From positions 1 to 30,031 of the forward strand of contig NBLI01000041.1 in the NCBI GenBank assembly GCA_002084535.1: a DNA stretch of 30,031 nt, given 5' to 3'. The position numbers were made by a program, and so were the translations under genes. Source of the stretch: Candidatus Zhuqueibacterota bacterium 4572_119. Lineage in GTDB: Bacteria; Zhuqueibacterota; Zhuqueibacteria; Thermofontimicrobiales; Thermofontimicrobiaceae. This document shows positions 9,443-17,967 of this stretch, piece by piece. Under the pieces are notes generated by a model, which saw nothing but the letters and a program-made list of their open reading frames with translations, ran no database searches and was not told where the DNA came from. The stretch's first letter is position 1; every line of letters starts with the position of its first letter.

Positions 9443-9934
9443 TTGAGAACTTATCAATCTATAGTTGTAATCGATTCTTTGCTTAAGAGTGAAGAGATCG
9501 ATGGAATTATCGAAAAAGTAGAACGAATTATTAGCAATAACGGTGGAAAGATTAACGAATTAGACCGTTGGGGAAAGAAACGCCTGGCTTACGAGATCAA
9601 AAAACGCCAGTATGGATATTATGTGGAATTCCTCTTCGACGCGCCGAATAATTTGATAAGCGTGCTGGATCGCGAATATGGGTTGGATGAAAATATTTTG
9701 CGCTATCTCACTATTCATTTAAACGCAAGAGCATTGGAGCAGCGGGAACAAGAAAAACTAAAACGCACGCAGGAAAAAAAGGTGCCAGAAGAAAAGGAAG
9801 ATAAAGTGGACGACGCGCCAGCTTTGGAAGAAAAAAAGCCGGCAACTGATGCCCTTGCCGATGCAGAAGAAGAGTCCTCGGAAGAATCAATTGTTGAACC
9901 AGAAGACGATGAGTCTTTGAGCAAAGATGAATAA
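9443..9934 (+). CDS. rpsF: 30S ribosomal protein S6 with acidic C-terminal extension
   Basis: WGKKRLAYEIKK..GYY and ILRYL motifs; AGGAGG RBS before TTG. Confidence 0.95.
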   Translation: MRTYQSIVVIDSLLKSEEIDGIIEKVERIISNNGGKINELDRWGKKRLAYEIKKRQYGYYVEFLFDAPNNLISVLDREYGLDENILRYLTIHLNARALEQREQEKLKRTQEKKVPEEKEDKVDDAPALEEKKPATDALADAEEESSEESIVEPEDDESLSKDE

Positions 9935-9988
9935 AATAAGCTTGATGAAAATACTGATAATTTATTAATATGCAGAAAGAGGATCTTA

Positions 9989-10374
9989 ATGATGGCAAAT
10001 TTAAAGATGCCAGACATTAATAACATTTTAATAGCTGGTAATTTAACATGTGATCCATCATTTAGAAAGACGACAAATGGCACTCCGGTGGCGAATTTTT
10101 TTATCGCTTCCAATCGAAAATTTAAAGATAACAACGGTCAATGGAGAGAAAACGTGTGCTATATCGGTGTTGTAGCCTGGTATAAATTGGCGGAAAGTTG
10201 TTATGAAAACATCAAAAAAGGTAGTGCTGTAATAGTTGATGGTGAACTTCAGAGTCGAAGCTGGAGAAATGATGACGGAAGAAGGAAAACAAGGCTGGCG
10301 AAGAAAAAGAGTTCGATTATAATGCAGAAGAAAAAAAAGATTATGATTTTGGATATAGTGATCTGGATCTTTAA
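9989..10374 (+). pseudogene. ssb: Single-stranded DNA-binding protein, frameshifted near 10280 in this sequence (probably an assembly lesion)
   Basis: OB-fold N-part (AGNLT.DP, F.IA.NR, WY.LAE, KGS.V.V.GEL..RSW) breaks after NDDG. An acidic tail KENKAGEEKEFDYNAEEKKDYDFGYSDLDL* is in another frame, ending at TAA 10372-10374. Context is rpsF-ssb-rpsR. Confidence 0.85.
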
Positions 10375-10428
10375 CTTTTAATAATAACTATTTGAAGGTC
10401 TATAGTAAAGAAAAAGGAATTCATTACC

Positions 10429-10650
10429 ATGATGAAGAAAAAAAGAATATGTCGCTTTTGCGAAGACAATGTAAATTATATTGATTTCAGTGATGAACGA
10501 AAACTGATGCGTTTTACCACGGAACAGGGAAAAATTATCCCCAAAAGGACTTCTGGTACGTGCGCGAAACATCAAAGACAATTAGTCAGGGCGATTAACC
10601 GCGCCAGACATTTGGCTTTAATTCCATACATTTCTGAAATGACAAGATAG
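10429..10650 (+). CDS. rpsR: 30S ribosomal protein S18 (Zn-binding C+ type)
   Basis: CRFC...IDF, GKIIPKRTSGTCAKHQRQLVRAINRARHLALIPY. Confidence 0.97.
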   Translation: MMKKKRICRFCEDNVNYIDFSDERKLMRFTTEQGKIIPKRTSGTCAKHQRQLVRAINRARHLALIPYISEMTR

Positions 10651-10683
10651 CTTGAATTTTCAAAGTTTTGAAGGATTATAAAA

Positions 10684-11127
10684 ATGAAAATAATATTGTG
10701 TAAAGATTATGAATCATTGGGAAAAGCCGGTGATGTGGTAACTGTTAAAGATGGATTTGCGAGAAATTTATTGATTCCAAAGGGTATTGCTTTAAAGGCA
10801 GACAAGACCAATATTCAGCGTTTGGAAAACGAGAAAAAACATCAAGAGCTAAAAATCAGTAAAGATAAAAAAGAAGCCGAATTATTGGCGGAAGAATTGA
10901 ATAAAATTTCCTGCACTGCGACGGTCACTGTGGGTGAGGAAGACAAAATATTTGGCTCCATCACGACACAGAATATTGCTGACCTTCTCAAAGAAAAAGG
11001 ATTTGAGATTGATCGGAAGAAAATAGTGCTCCAGGACCCGATTAAAGCGCTTGGAATTTATGAAGTGCCGATAAAGATACACCCTGAAGTTGAATCAAAA
11101 ATAAAACTTTGGGTAGTTAAGGAATAG
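10684..11127 (+). CDS. rplI: 50S ribosomal protein L9
   Basis: LGKAGDVVTVKDGFARNLLIPKG, KIFGSIT and IKALGIY motifs. Confidence 0.97.
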   Translation: MKIILCKDYESLGKAGDVVTVKDGFARNLLIPKGIALKADKTNIQRLENEKKHQELKISKDKKEAELLAEELNKISCTATVTVGEEDKIFGSITTQNIADLLKEKGFEIDRKKIVLQDPIKALGIYEVPIKIHPEVESKIKLWVVKE

Positions 11128-11394
11128 TTTTTTAGAGGCATTGCAAATAAGGATAAAGCCGTTTATTTACAGTACCATTGAGAGAAATCAGATGTTTTGT
11201 GCATTTGCAATCACTTATGGCATGGGGCTATTTGTTCAATTCGAAAACAGACTGGCTTTTCAATGTGGTCGGGAAGTATGCAAAGTTACTTTTTGAAATT
11301 TAGGATATCGATTTGTCAAAGGCTGATAATTTTTAGCAGCTCTTTTTTGTTTAATTTACAATAAAATAGATATTGTAATTAAAATAAAAAAGTA

Positions 11395-11423
11395 TTGACT
11401 TTATTGAATTATTATATTAAATT
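11395..11423 (+). promoter_or_regulatory. Putative sigma70-type promoter for the small Zn-ribbon gene
   Basis: TTGACT (11395-11400), 17-nt spacer, TAAATT (11418-11423). It is preceded by the 8-bp inverted repeat TTACAATA-N7-TATTGTAA (11356-11378). Confidence 0.45.
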
Positions 11424-11514
11424 TTTAATTATGCGAAAAAACGAATTCGATATTTGCTGATAATGAACAGTTAAAAAACCAAGTTGCTAAATTGGTGAGG
11501 GGAGGTAACGATTA

Positions 11515-11706
11515 ATGGAAAATATGTACCCGGAGTGTTTGAAGTGTTCTAATGGCGTGTTGGTTCCTTTATCTGATTACGGACGAGAAGGCTCTTCCAT
11601 AAGGTACAAAGCCTGGGTCTGTACGAATCCTGAATGTGGATTCAATATTCGCATTGACAATGGTGAGGTAAGTTTTGGCAAAGTGATTAGTCAATCCGCA
11701 AAATAA
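11515..11706 (+). CDS. Small Zn-ribbon-like protein of unknown function (63 aa)
   Basis: CxxC (CLKC) and CxxxxC (CTNPEC) pairs; strong RBS (GAGGGGAGG) before the ATG; own promoter and downstream hairpin. Confidence 0.85.
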   Translation: MENMYPECLKCSNGVLVPLSDYGREGSSIRYKAWVCTNPECGFNIRIDNGEVSFGKVISQSAK

Positions 11707-11737
11707 GGACCAATCGCTTTTAATGAGTTTTTATTAT

Positions 11738-11775
11738 AAAGAGGGTAAAAGGAAGCCGTTCCTGATACCCTCTTT
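11738..11775 (+). terminator. Stem-loop, probable intrinsic terminator
   Basis: AAAGAGGGTA-aa-AGGAA-gccg-TTCCT-ga-TACCCTCTTT: a 10-bp plus 5-bp stem immediately after the Zn-ribbon gene. Confidence 0.65.
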
Positions 11776-11792
11776 CAATTTGTAGCGGGATT

Positions 11793-12731
11793 ATGATTGT
11801 TCAGGAAAAAATATTTAATAATTTTAAATACAAAATTACGGTTGGATTTCTTGCCGTGCTCCTCTGGTTTTTTGTCAAAACGGAAGATAATTATCGATAT
11901 TCATTTAATGTTTCAACTGAAGTTGTAAACCTGGGGACAGACAGAGTAATAACAAACCAACTTCCAAAAAAAATCAAAGCGACATTTTGGGGTAAAGGGC
12001 GAACATTATTTACGGTGATGTTGCGCAATGATGTTTCATATATTCTGGATGTTGGAAAAATTGATGGTTCGGTCTTATTGCCACTTGATAAAAGCAACAT
12101 TAAACTTATGCGGACTACTGAAGTTGAAGCACTCAATATTGTTGAGCCCAAAGAAATTAAAATTGATATTGAAAAGTTGATTACCAAAAAGGTAGCAATC
12201 AGTAATAAGTCAAAGATTGAAACACTGCCCGGTTATACTGTTGTCGGCGATACAAAACTAATCCCTGACTCAGTGGAAATAATGGGCCCGAAATCAACAA
12301 TTAAATTGATATCGGAAGTTTCCACCCAGGATAAAACCTTTCGGAAAATAAAAAAGGATGTGGATAAAAAGGTGAGGTTAGTTGTCCCTGATATTCCGCA
12401 TGTTTCGTTAAATATAGAGCATGTCCAAGTTTTTGCTGATGTTCAAAAGCTAATGGAGAAACCCTTCCGGAACATTCCTGTTCAGGTTATAAATCCTCCT
12501 CCGGAAAATAACGCTATTGTTATTCCTTCGACGCTTTCCCTGGTTCTTGTAGGGGGAACAGATGTACTGTTAAATGTCAGCAGGGATGAAATAAAGGCTT
12601 ATATCGATTATGAAAAGGTAAAGTTATCAAAAGATAAAACTCATCCTGCATATATGATAATTCCTAAGGGTATTAGATCGCGGGATGTCTCGCCAACGCA
12701 TTTTAAAATTGTTGTCGTGAAAAAGAATTAA
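11793..12731 (+). CDS. YbbR/CdaR-like membrane-anchored protein
   Basis: N-terminal TM helix (AVLLWFFV) followed by YbbR-type repeats (PDSVEIMGPKS, IPSTLSLVLVG, AYIDY). Confidence 0.8.
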   Translation: MIVQEKIFNNFKYKITVGFLAVLLWFFVKTEDNYRYSFNVSTEVVNLGTDRVITNQLPKKIKATFWGKGRTLFTVMLRNDVSYILDVGKIDGSVLLPLDKSNIKLMRTTEVEALNIVEPKEIKIDIEKLITKKVAISNKSKIETLPGYTVVGDTKLIPDSVEIMGPKSTIKLISEVSTQDKTFRKIKKDVDKKVRLVVPDIPHVSLNIEHVQVFADVQKLMEKPFRNIPVQVINPPPENNAIVIPSTLSLVLVGGTDVLLNVSRDEIKAYIDYEKVKLSKDKTHPAYMIIPKGIRSRDVSPTHFKIVVVKKN

Positions 12732-12745
12732 ATTGGAAATCAATT

Positions 12746-13738
12746 ATGACCATTTTGGGAATAGAAACGTCCTGCGATGAAACCGCGGCGGCAATATATA
12801 GCTCAAAAGGATTGCTGTCAAACATCGTTGCTTCACAAGCGGTACACGAGGAATTTGGTGGTGTGGTCCCTGAACTGGCGTCTCGAGAACATATCAGGGC
12901 GATTTTACCCATCATTAAACAGGCTCTGAAAGAAGCCAGGCTGGATTTAAAGGAAATCGATGGCATGGCTGTTACCCAGGGTCCCGGTTTGGCAGGATCA
13001 TTGCTTGTTGGTATAAATACAGCAAAGGCATTAGCTTACACATTAAAGCGCCCGCTTATTGGAATTAATCATATCGAAGGTCACATTTTTGCGATTAATT
13101 TATCTCATCAGGTTAAACCGCCGTTTATCTCTCTGGTTATTTCCGGCGGTCATACACAGTTGGTGTTGGTCAAAAATTTTGGTGAATACCAAATACTTGG
13201 AAAGACACAAGATGACGCGGCAGGTGAAGCTTTTGACAAAGTTGCCAAAATGATGGGGCTTGGTTATCCTGGCGGACCCGTCATTGATAGACTGGCTACA
13301 AACGGGAACGAGAACTTTGTCAATTTTCCTCGGGCGCTTCTTAAAAGTAAAAATTATAATTTTAGTTTCAGTGGATTAAAAACAGCCGTGCTGTATTATT
13401 TGAAAAGCATTTCTGAAGAACAACGAAAAAAGGATATGGTGGATATCGTTGCCAGTTTTCAGGCGGCATTGGCAGATGTCCTGATTAAAAAAACGATGTG
13501 GGCAGCCAATGAGAATAATATTCATCAAATTGTCCTGGCAGGAGGGGTGGCTCGTAACAATTATTTACGCGCGCGAATGAAAGCATCGGCAGAAAAAGAA
13601 AAAAAACACATACTGATCCCAGAGCCTATCTTCTGTACTGACAACGCCGCGATGATCGCCTGGGTTGGATATCAAAAACTCAAGCTTGGCACCCAATCAC
13701 CCCTTTCAATAGCGCCAATCGCAGGAATGAAGTTGTAA
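12746..13738 (+). CDS. tsaD: tRNA N6-threonylcarbamoyladenosine transferase
   Basis: GIETSCDETA, GGVVPELASREH, GPGLAGSL, HIEGH, SGGHT, DDAAGEAFDK, FSFSGLKTA and CTDNAAMI motifs. Confidence 0.98.
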   Translation: MTILGIETSCDETAAAIYSSKGLLSNIVASQAVHEEFGGVVPELASREHIRAILPIIKQALKEARLDLKEIDGMAVTQGPGLAGSLLVGINTAKALAYTLKRPLIGINHIEGHIFAINLSHQVKPPFISLVISGGHTQLVLVKNFGEYQILGKTQDDAAGEAFDKVAKMMGLGYPGGPVIDRLATNGNENFVNFPRALLKSKNYNFSFSGLKTAVLYYLKSISEEQRKKDMVDIVASFQAALADVLIKKTMWAANENNIHQIVLAGGVARNNYLRARMKASAEKEKKHILIPEPIFCTDNAAMIAWVGYQKLKLGTQSPLSIAPIAGMKL

Positions 13739-13812
13739 TTGAATTGTTAAGTCATATCAAATATAAATGACAATCCGTCCTTTAATCCGAAAAACGCTAA
13801 AGAATACCAACA

Positions 13813-14595
13813 ATGCTTCCTCTTTTATTAACGATAATCTGCTCGACAAGTATCGCCTTAATCCTTAAGCAAAATGATGTACAAAAGGGAACTCCCATAG
13901 TTTTGCTTAATGCCAACTATTTTGTCGCCTTTTTAATTAGCGCTTTGTTTCTTATTTTTGAAAGTGAAACAAAGTTCTCCTTGTTTACATTTGTTTTCGG
14001 AATGCTGCTGGCTTTGATTTTTGTATTATCATTTTTTGCTTTTGCAAAAGCAGTTTCGTCGGCGGGTACCGCGCTTGCTTCATTGAGTTCGAGATTGTCA
14101 GTAATTGTTCCGGTAACTTTCTCAATGCTTTTTTTTTATGAAATACCAAACTCTTATCAAACCTTCGGGTTACTTTTTGCTTTAATGACAATTATCTTTT
14201 TTTATTTTTCGGTAAAGAATATGGCAGTTGGTAAATTCAAATCCGAGGGATACGTTTATCTGATTGCCGTACTTGAGAAACCTTTTTTCCTGTTTGTAAT
14301 ATTCTTTTTTTCTTTTCTTTATACATTGGCTTTGATATTTTCGAAAAAAGTAAAAATCAAAAAACCAGATTTTTATCGTGGAATGATTCTCGGTGTGCCA
14401 AACGTTTTCAGTACTTTTTTTCTGCTATCAGCCCTGGCGCGATTACCTGCAATCATTGTCTATCCTGTGGTGAATATAGGAATTATACTGTTAACAACTA
14501 TTTCGGCAGCGATTATTTGGAAGGAAAAATTAGATTCTTATGGGATTGGTGCGTTGACTTTTGGCGTGATCGCGATTGTGTTTTTAGGAATGTAA
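13813..14595 (+). CDS. EamA/DMT family transporter (TM6 appears truncated)
   Basis: About ten hydrophobic segments with DMT two-fold organisation; C-terminal ...IIWKEKL...G pattern. Confidence 0.8.
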   Translation: MLPLLLTIICSTSIALILKQNDVQKGTPIVLLNANYFVAFLISALFLIFESETKFSLFTFVFGMLLALIFVLSFFAFAKAVSSAGTALASLSSRLSVIVPVTFSMLFFYEIPNSYQTFGLLFALMTIIFFYFSVKNMAVGKFKSEGYVYLIAVLEKPFFLFVIFFFSFLYTLALIFSKKVKIKKPDFYRGMILGVPNVFSTFFLLSALARLPAIIVYPVVNIGIILLTTISAAIIWKEKLDSYGIGALTFGVIAIVFLGM

Positions 14596-14616
14596 TGTGG
14601 AAAGAAGCACTTTTCG

Positions 14617-15033
14617 CTAATTTACAGCGTCATTATTGTTTCGAAATTTTTCCATATCCCGTCGTTCTTTTTTTGTGGGACGTCCTTTATATTTTGGACG
14701 GCTGGTGCTGGCGGCTTTATAAAATAAGCCACGAATGTCTTCTGCTTCTTTCTCTTCTGATGTCATTTCATGTTCGTGGTACAAAAGTTTCGCATCGGCA
14801 GCTTTTATGCTTTTTCCAACAATATCAAGTATGTCTAATTTTCTTTTTCGCCACTTCATTTTGATGGTAATGGTGTCGCCTATTTTTACTATTTTTGAAG
14901 CTTTGGCGGACTGGTCATTAACTTTGATTCTCCCCTGCAAACAGGCGTCGGCTGCTTTTGATCTTGTTTTAAAAATGAGAGCGATTTTTAACCATTTATC
15001 AAGGCGAAGGGTTTTTTCTTGACTGTTTTTCAT
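14617..15033 (-). CDS. hslR: Ribosome-associated heat shock protein Hsp15 (S4 RNA-binding domain)
   Basis: LRLDKWL..IFKTRSKA..AC..GRIKVN, KASK.VKIGD and KGRPTKKERR motifs. Confidence 0.92.
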   Translation of the reverse strand: MKNSQEKTLRLDKWLKIALIFKTRSKAADACLQGRIKVNDQSAKASKIVKIGDTITIKMKWRKRKLDILDIVGKSIKAADAKLLYHEHEMTSEEKEAEDIRGLFYKAASTSRPKYKGRPTKKERRDMEKFRNNNDAVN

Positions 15034-15410
15034 GAAAGAGTTTTATCGTTTAAAAATGAGTTCTATTCTGAATTCCATCCATAATAACAACAGTGAAAAC
15101 AGAGAATAAATAGTACAACAAAAAAATATCGACCGATTTTTTCGGATGGAGGCGAAAATCTTGATTAAATAGGATAGCAAAATAATTAAAAATATACAAA
15201 GAGTTTTTCAAACAAACAATAAAAAACTTGGATGAAAAGTAATACCTCGCTTACCGGTGGTGGACAGAGATGTCGTACATTTCAAAAATGTAGATAATGC
15301 ATCACTTAACAAATATAATTATTGAAGCTATGAACATGACTAATTATTACAATTTCAAGTATGCGACGTTTTGAATACTCCATAACTGATGTTTTACGAT
15401 GAAAATTTAA

Positions 15411-15439
15411 TTGCATCTTATATCAAATATTTGTAAATT
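15411..15439 (+). promoter_or_regulatory. Putative sigma70-type promoter for the propeller/peptidase gene
   Basis: TTGCAT (15411-15416), 17-nt spacer, TAAATT (15434-15439). Confidence 0.35.
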
Positions 15440-15485
15440 TTAAGACTTAACAATTTATTACAACCAAGTGGAGCTTTGTAAGATT

Positions 15486-15848
15486 ATGTTTAAAAGAACA
15501 GCCTTGCTGATGATTATTTGTTTTATTTTAACGGGAAATGTTTTCGCTGGTGAGGCTAATAAACTTGTGTCATTTACCCAAAATATGACCAATCCGCTTC
15601 TGTCTCCAACCGGAGAGGAAATTCTTTTTAGCGGTGAGGACTATTTTGGTTTGTTTTTGCTCAACAGAATTAGTAATGAAATAGAAGTGATAACGCCAAA
15701 TTTAAATGCCGGTTATGGCGCCAGCTTTTCTCCTGATGGCAAGTGGATAGGATTTAAATTGATAGACAGAGACGGGAAGCAACAGCCGGCTATTTATGAC
15801 CTTGCTTCAAAAACAATTGTTCCGCTTTATAAAAAAAATTGTTTATAA
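15486..15848 (+). CDS. N-terminal fragment of a secreted multidomain protein: signal peptide plus TolB-like (PD40) repeats
   Basis: MFKRTALLMIICFILTGNVFA signal peptide; LSPTGEEILF and FSPDGKWIGF repeats. The frame ends just after the A8 run at 15831-15838. Confidence 0.8.
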   Translation: MFKRTALLMIICFILTGNVFAGEANKLVSFTQNMTNPLLSPTGEEILFSGEDYFGLFLLNRISNEIEVITPNLNAGYGASFSPDGKWIGFKLIDRDGKQQPAIYDLASKTIVPLYKKNCL

Positions 15849-17961
15849 TGATATTGATGACCAACTTTGGATAATCGATCTTATGACAAGCAATCGTACA
15901 AAATTGACAAAAGACAACAGGGGGTACTTCAGCCCTGTCTGGTCACCGGATAGCAGGAAAATTGCCGCAAGTAGTCTGTCGGGAGATATATGGGTTTTTG
16001 ACCATGAAATTAAAAAAAGCTATCAAATTGGCGCGGGTGGATCGGTAAGCTGGTTGGCAGACAGCAAGCAGCTTGTTTACAGCGAATATCATTGGGGAGA
16101 AAGATTACAGCTAATTAGTGCTGAACCGGTTATTGTGGACTATGATGGTAAAAATAAAAATAGGTTTGAATTTGATGGAGACGTTAACATCGTCCATGTT
16201 TCTTTTTCCGCGCCTAATCAACAAATCGTTTATGTTGAAAATAGCAGCATTATTACGGCTCAGTTTAAAACCACGCCTTCCCAAAACAAATTTTTATCCG
16301 TACAAAAAACCCTGGTTAATACTGCTGCATTTGATTGGCTTAAACCACCACCAATCCAGAAACATCAGGAAATGAGAGGGTCGGCGGATATTAAAAATTT
16401 TCAAGCCCCGTATTTTCACCAGGTTTATGATACACCCAACTGGTTTAATGGACATTGGGCGTGCGGCGCAACTTCTGCCATGATGGCGTTGACCTATTAC
16501 AATGTTTTACCCGACTGGAATTGTAATTGCTCTTCTCCATACGCTCACGTCAGCACACACGGCAGGTACATTTGCGAAATTTATTCATTTAACGGCTATA
16601 CTTATGATATTGGCGGGTACGATCCCAATAGCAGCCTTGGTTATGGCGGGTACGGATTTATCATTCAAAATAACTGGGCAGACACAAAAGGAAATATGGC
16701 AAAATACGCGCGCCAGCATGGTCTCGGGTCAACAGTGGACTGGAGCCCGACTTTTTCAAAGTTGCAAAATGATATTGATAAAGAATTCCCCATCGTTATT
16801 CTCAATAGCCTGACCACAGCAGGACACTATATTTTGGCGATCGGGTATAATGGCGAACAGCGCAGTGTGAGAGTCAACGATCCGTACGGGAATAAAAACC
16901 AGGGTTATATGAACTACAATGGCAGAGACGTGGTTTATGATTGGCCCGGATATAGCAGCGGGCACTCTAATCTGAATGTGGTGCATTGTTTAATTTATAT
17001 GCGGGATGGTTGCGATCTGAGCGTGGGTGATTTTATTTTACCCGACACAGTAGAGACTCAGGAAACGATTTCCTTTGATTTTAAAATATATAACTTGGGC
17101 AGCAAAGCAAGCGACTCGAGTGAGGTAACTATTTACCTGTCGCCAAATATCTACTTTAATGAATTGGATTCTGTGTTGGGCAAAATATTTGTGCCTGAAA
17201 TTGGAGCGAAGGACTCGGTAACGATCTCTGTTGAAGCCCAAATTCCCGATTCTCTTCACAGCGGTTATTGGGCAATAGCGGCGCTTGTTGATGAAGATAA
17301 TCTGCTTATAGAAAATAGCAGAGAAAACAATCTTTCGTATGACAAATTTTTGATCAAAGGTTATCCCTATATTTTTCGGCTGAATCCTGTCCCTAATATG
17401 ACCGTTACTCAGGCGCGGCCAGAAATAAGCGCGCGGTATAAAGACAGCTATTTTGGCATGGTTGATGATTCGGTTTATTTTTATTTTGATGGTGAGGAGG
17501 TCACAGATTCTTGTGGATATGATGGGAATAAAGTTTATTACTTTCCTGAAAATCCACTGTCTGCCGGAACGCACCGGGCAAAAATAAAAGTACAAAACAA
17601 TCTTGGAAATTGGAAGGTGGTTTCATGGGAGTTTGAGGCAACGGGAACAGATGTAAAAGAGAAAGCAGATGAGCTGGTTACGCGTGAATATATTTTGAAA
17701 CAAAATTATCCGAATCCCTTTAACTCATCCACACAAATCCAGTACAATATTTCCACAGATCAACAAATCAAAATAGAGATATTTTCAATTACCGGTGAAA
17801 AAATCAATACTTTGGTAAATGAATTTAAAAGAAGGGGAAATTATTCAACAGTTTGGAATGGAAAAGATCAGTTAAGCAATCCGGTGTCCACTGGAATTTA
17901 TCTCTATAAAATATCCGGGGCTGATTTTAGCCAAACAAAAAGAATGGTTTTCATTAAATAG
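15796..17961 (+). CDS. C-terminal fragment of the secreted protein: PD40 repeats, C39-like cysteine peptidase, CARDB, Ig-like domain and FlgD/T9SS-type C-terminal domain
   Basis: WSPDSRKI and WLADSKQL repeats; ACGATS (Cys), GHYI (His), NDPYG (Asp); CARDB-like ...IYNLG...ENSRENN; QNYPNPFN...WNGKD...GIYLY...TKRMVFIK C-terminus. Confidence 0.85.
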   Translation: MTLLQKQLFRFIKKIVYNDIDDQLWIIDLMTSNRTKLTKDNRGYFSPVWSPDSRKIAASSLSGDIWVFDHEIKKSYQIGAGGSVSWLADSKQLVYSEYHWGERLQLISAEPVIVDYDGKNKNRFEFDGDVNIVHVSFSAPNQQIVYVENSSIITAQFKTTPSQNKFLSVQKTLVNTAAFDWLKPPPIQKHQEMRGSADIKNFQAPYFHQVYDTPNWFNGHWACGATSAMMALTYYNVLPDWNCNCSSPYAHVSTHGRYICEIYSFNGYTYDIGGYDPNSSLGYGGYGFIIQNNWADTKGNMAKYARQHGLGSTVDWSPTFSKLQNDIDKEFPIVILNSLTTAGHYILAIGYNGEQRSVRVNDPYGNKNQGYMNYNGRDVVYDWPGYSSGHSNLNVVHCLIYMRDGCDLSVGDFILPDTVETQETISFDFKIYNLGSKASDSSEVTIYLSPNIYFNELDSVLGKIFVPEIGAKDSVTISVEAQIPDSLHSGYWAIAALVDEDNLLIENSRENNLSYDKFLIKGYPYIFRLNPVPNMTVTQARPEISARYKDSYFGMVDDSVYFYFDGEEVTDSCGYDGNKVYYFPENPLSAGTHRAKIKVQNNLGNWKVVSWEFEATGTDVKEKADELVTREYILKQNYPNPFNSSTQIQYNISTDQQIKIEIFSITGEKINTLVNEFKRRGNYSTVWNGKDQLSNPVSTGIYLYKISGADFSQTKRMVFIK

Positions 17962-17967
17962 GCTGCA

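Noticed and set aside
6700-9934. Acidic low-complexity tails on L25 and S6
   Set aside because: These are common extensions in these proteins and not a repeat system.
15034-15240. Hydrophobic ~50-codon reading frame on the minus strand upstream of hslR
   Set aside because: No ATG or RBS; the composition is explained by AT-rich intergenic DNA.
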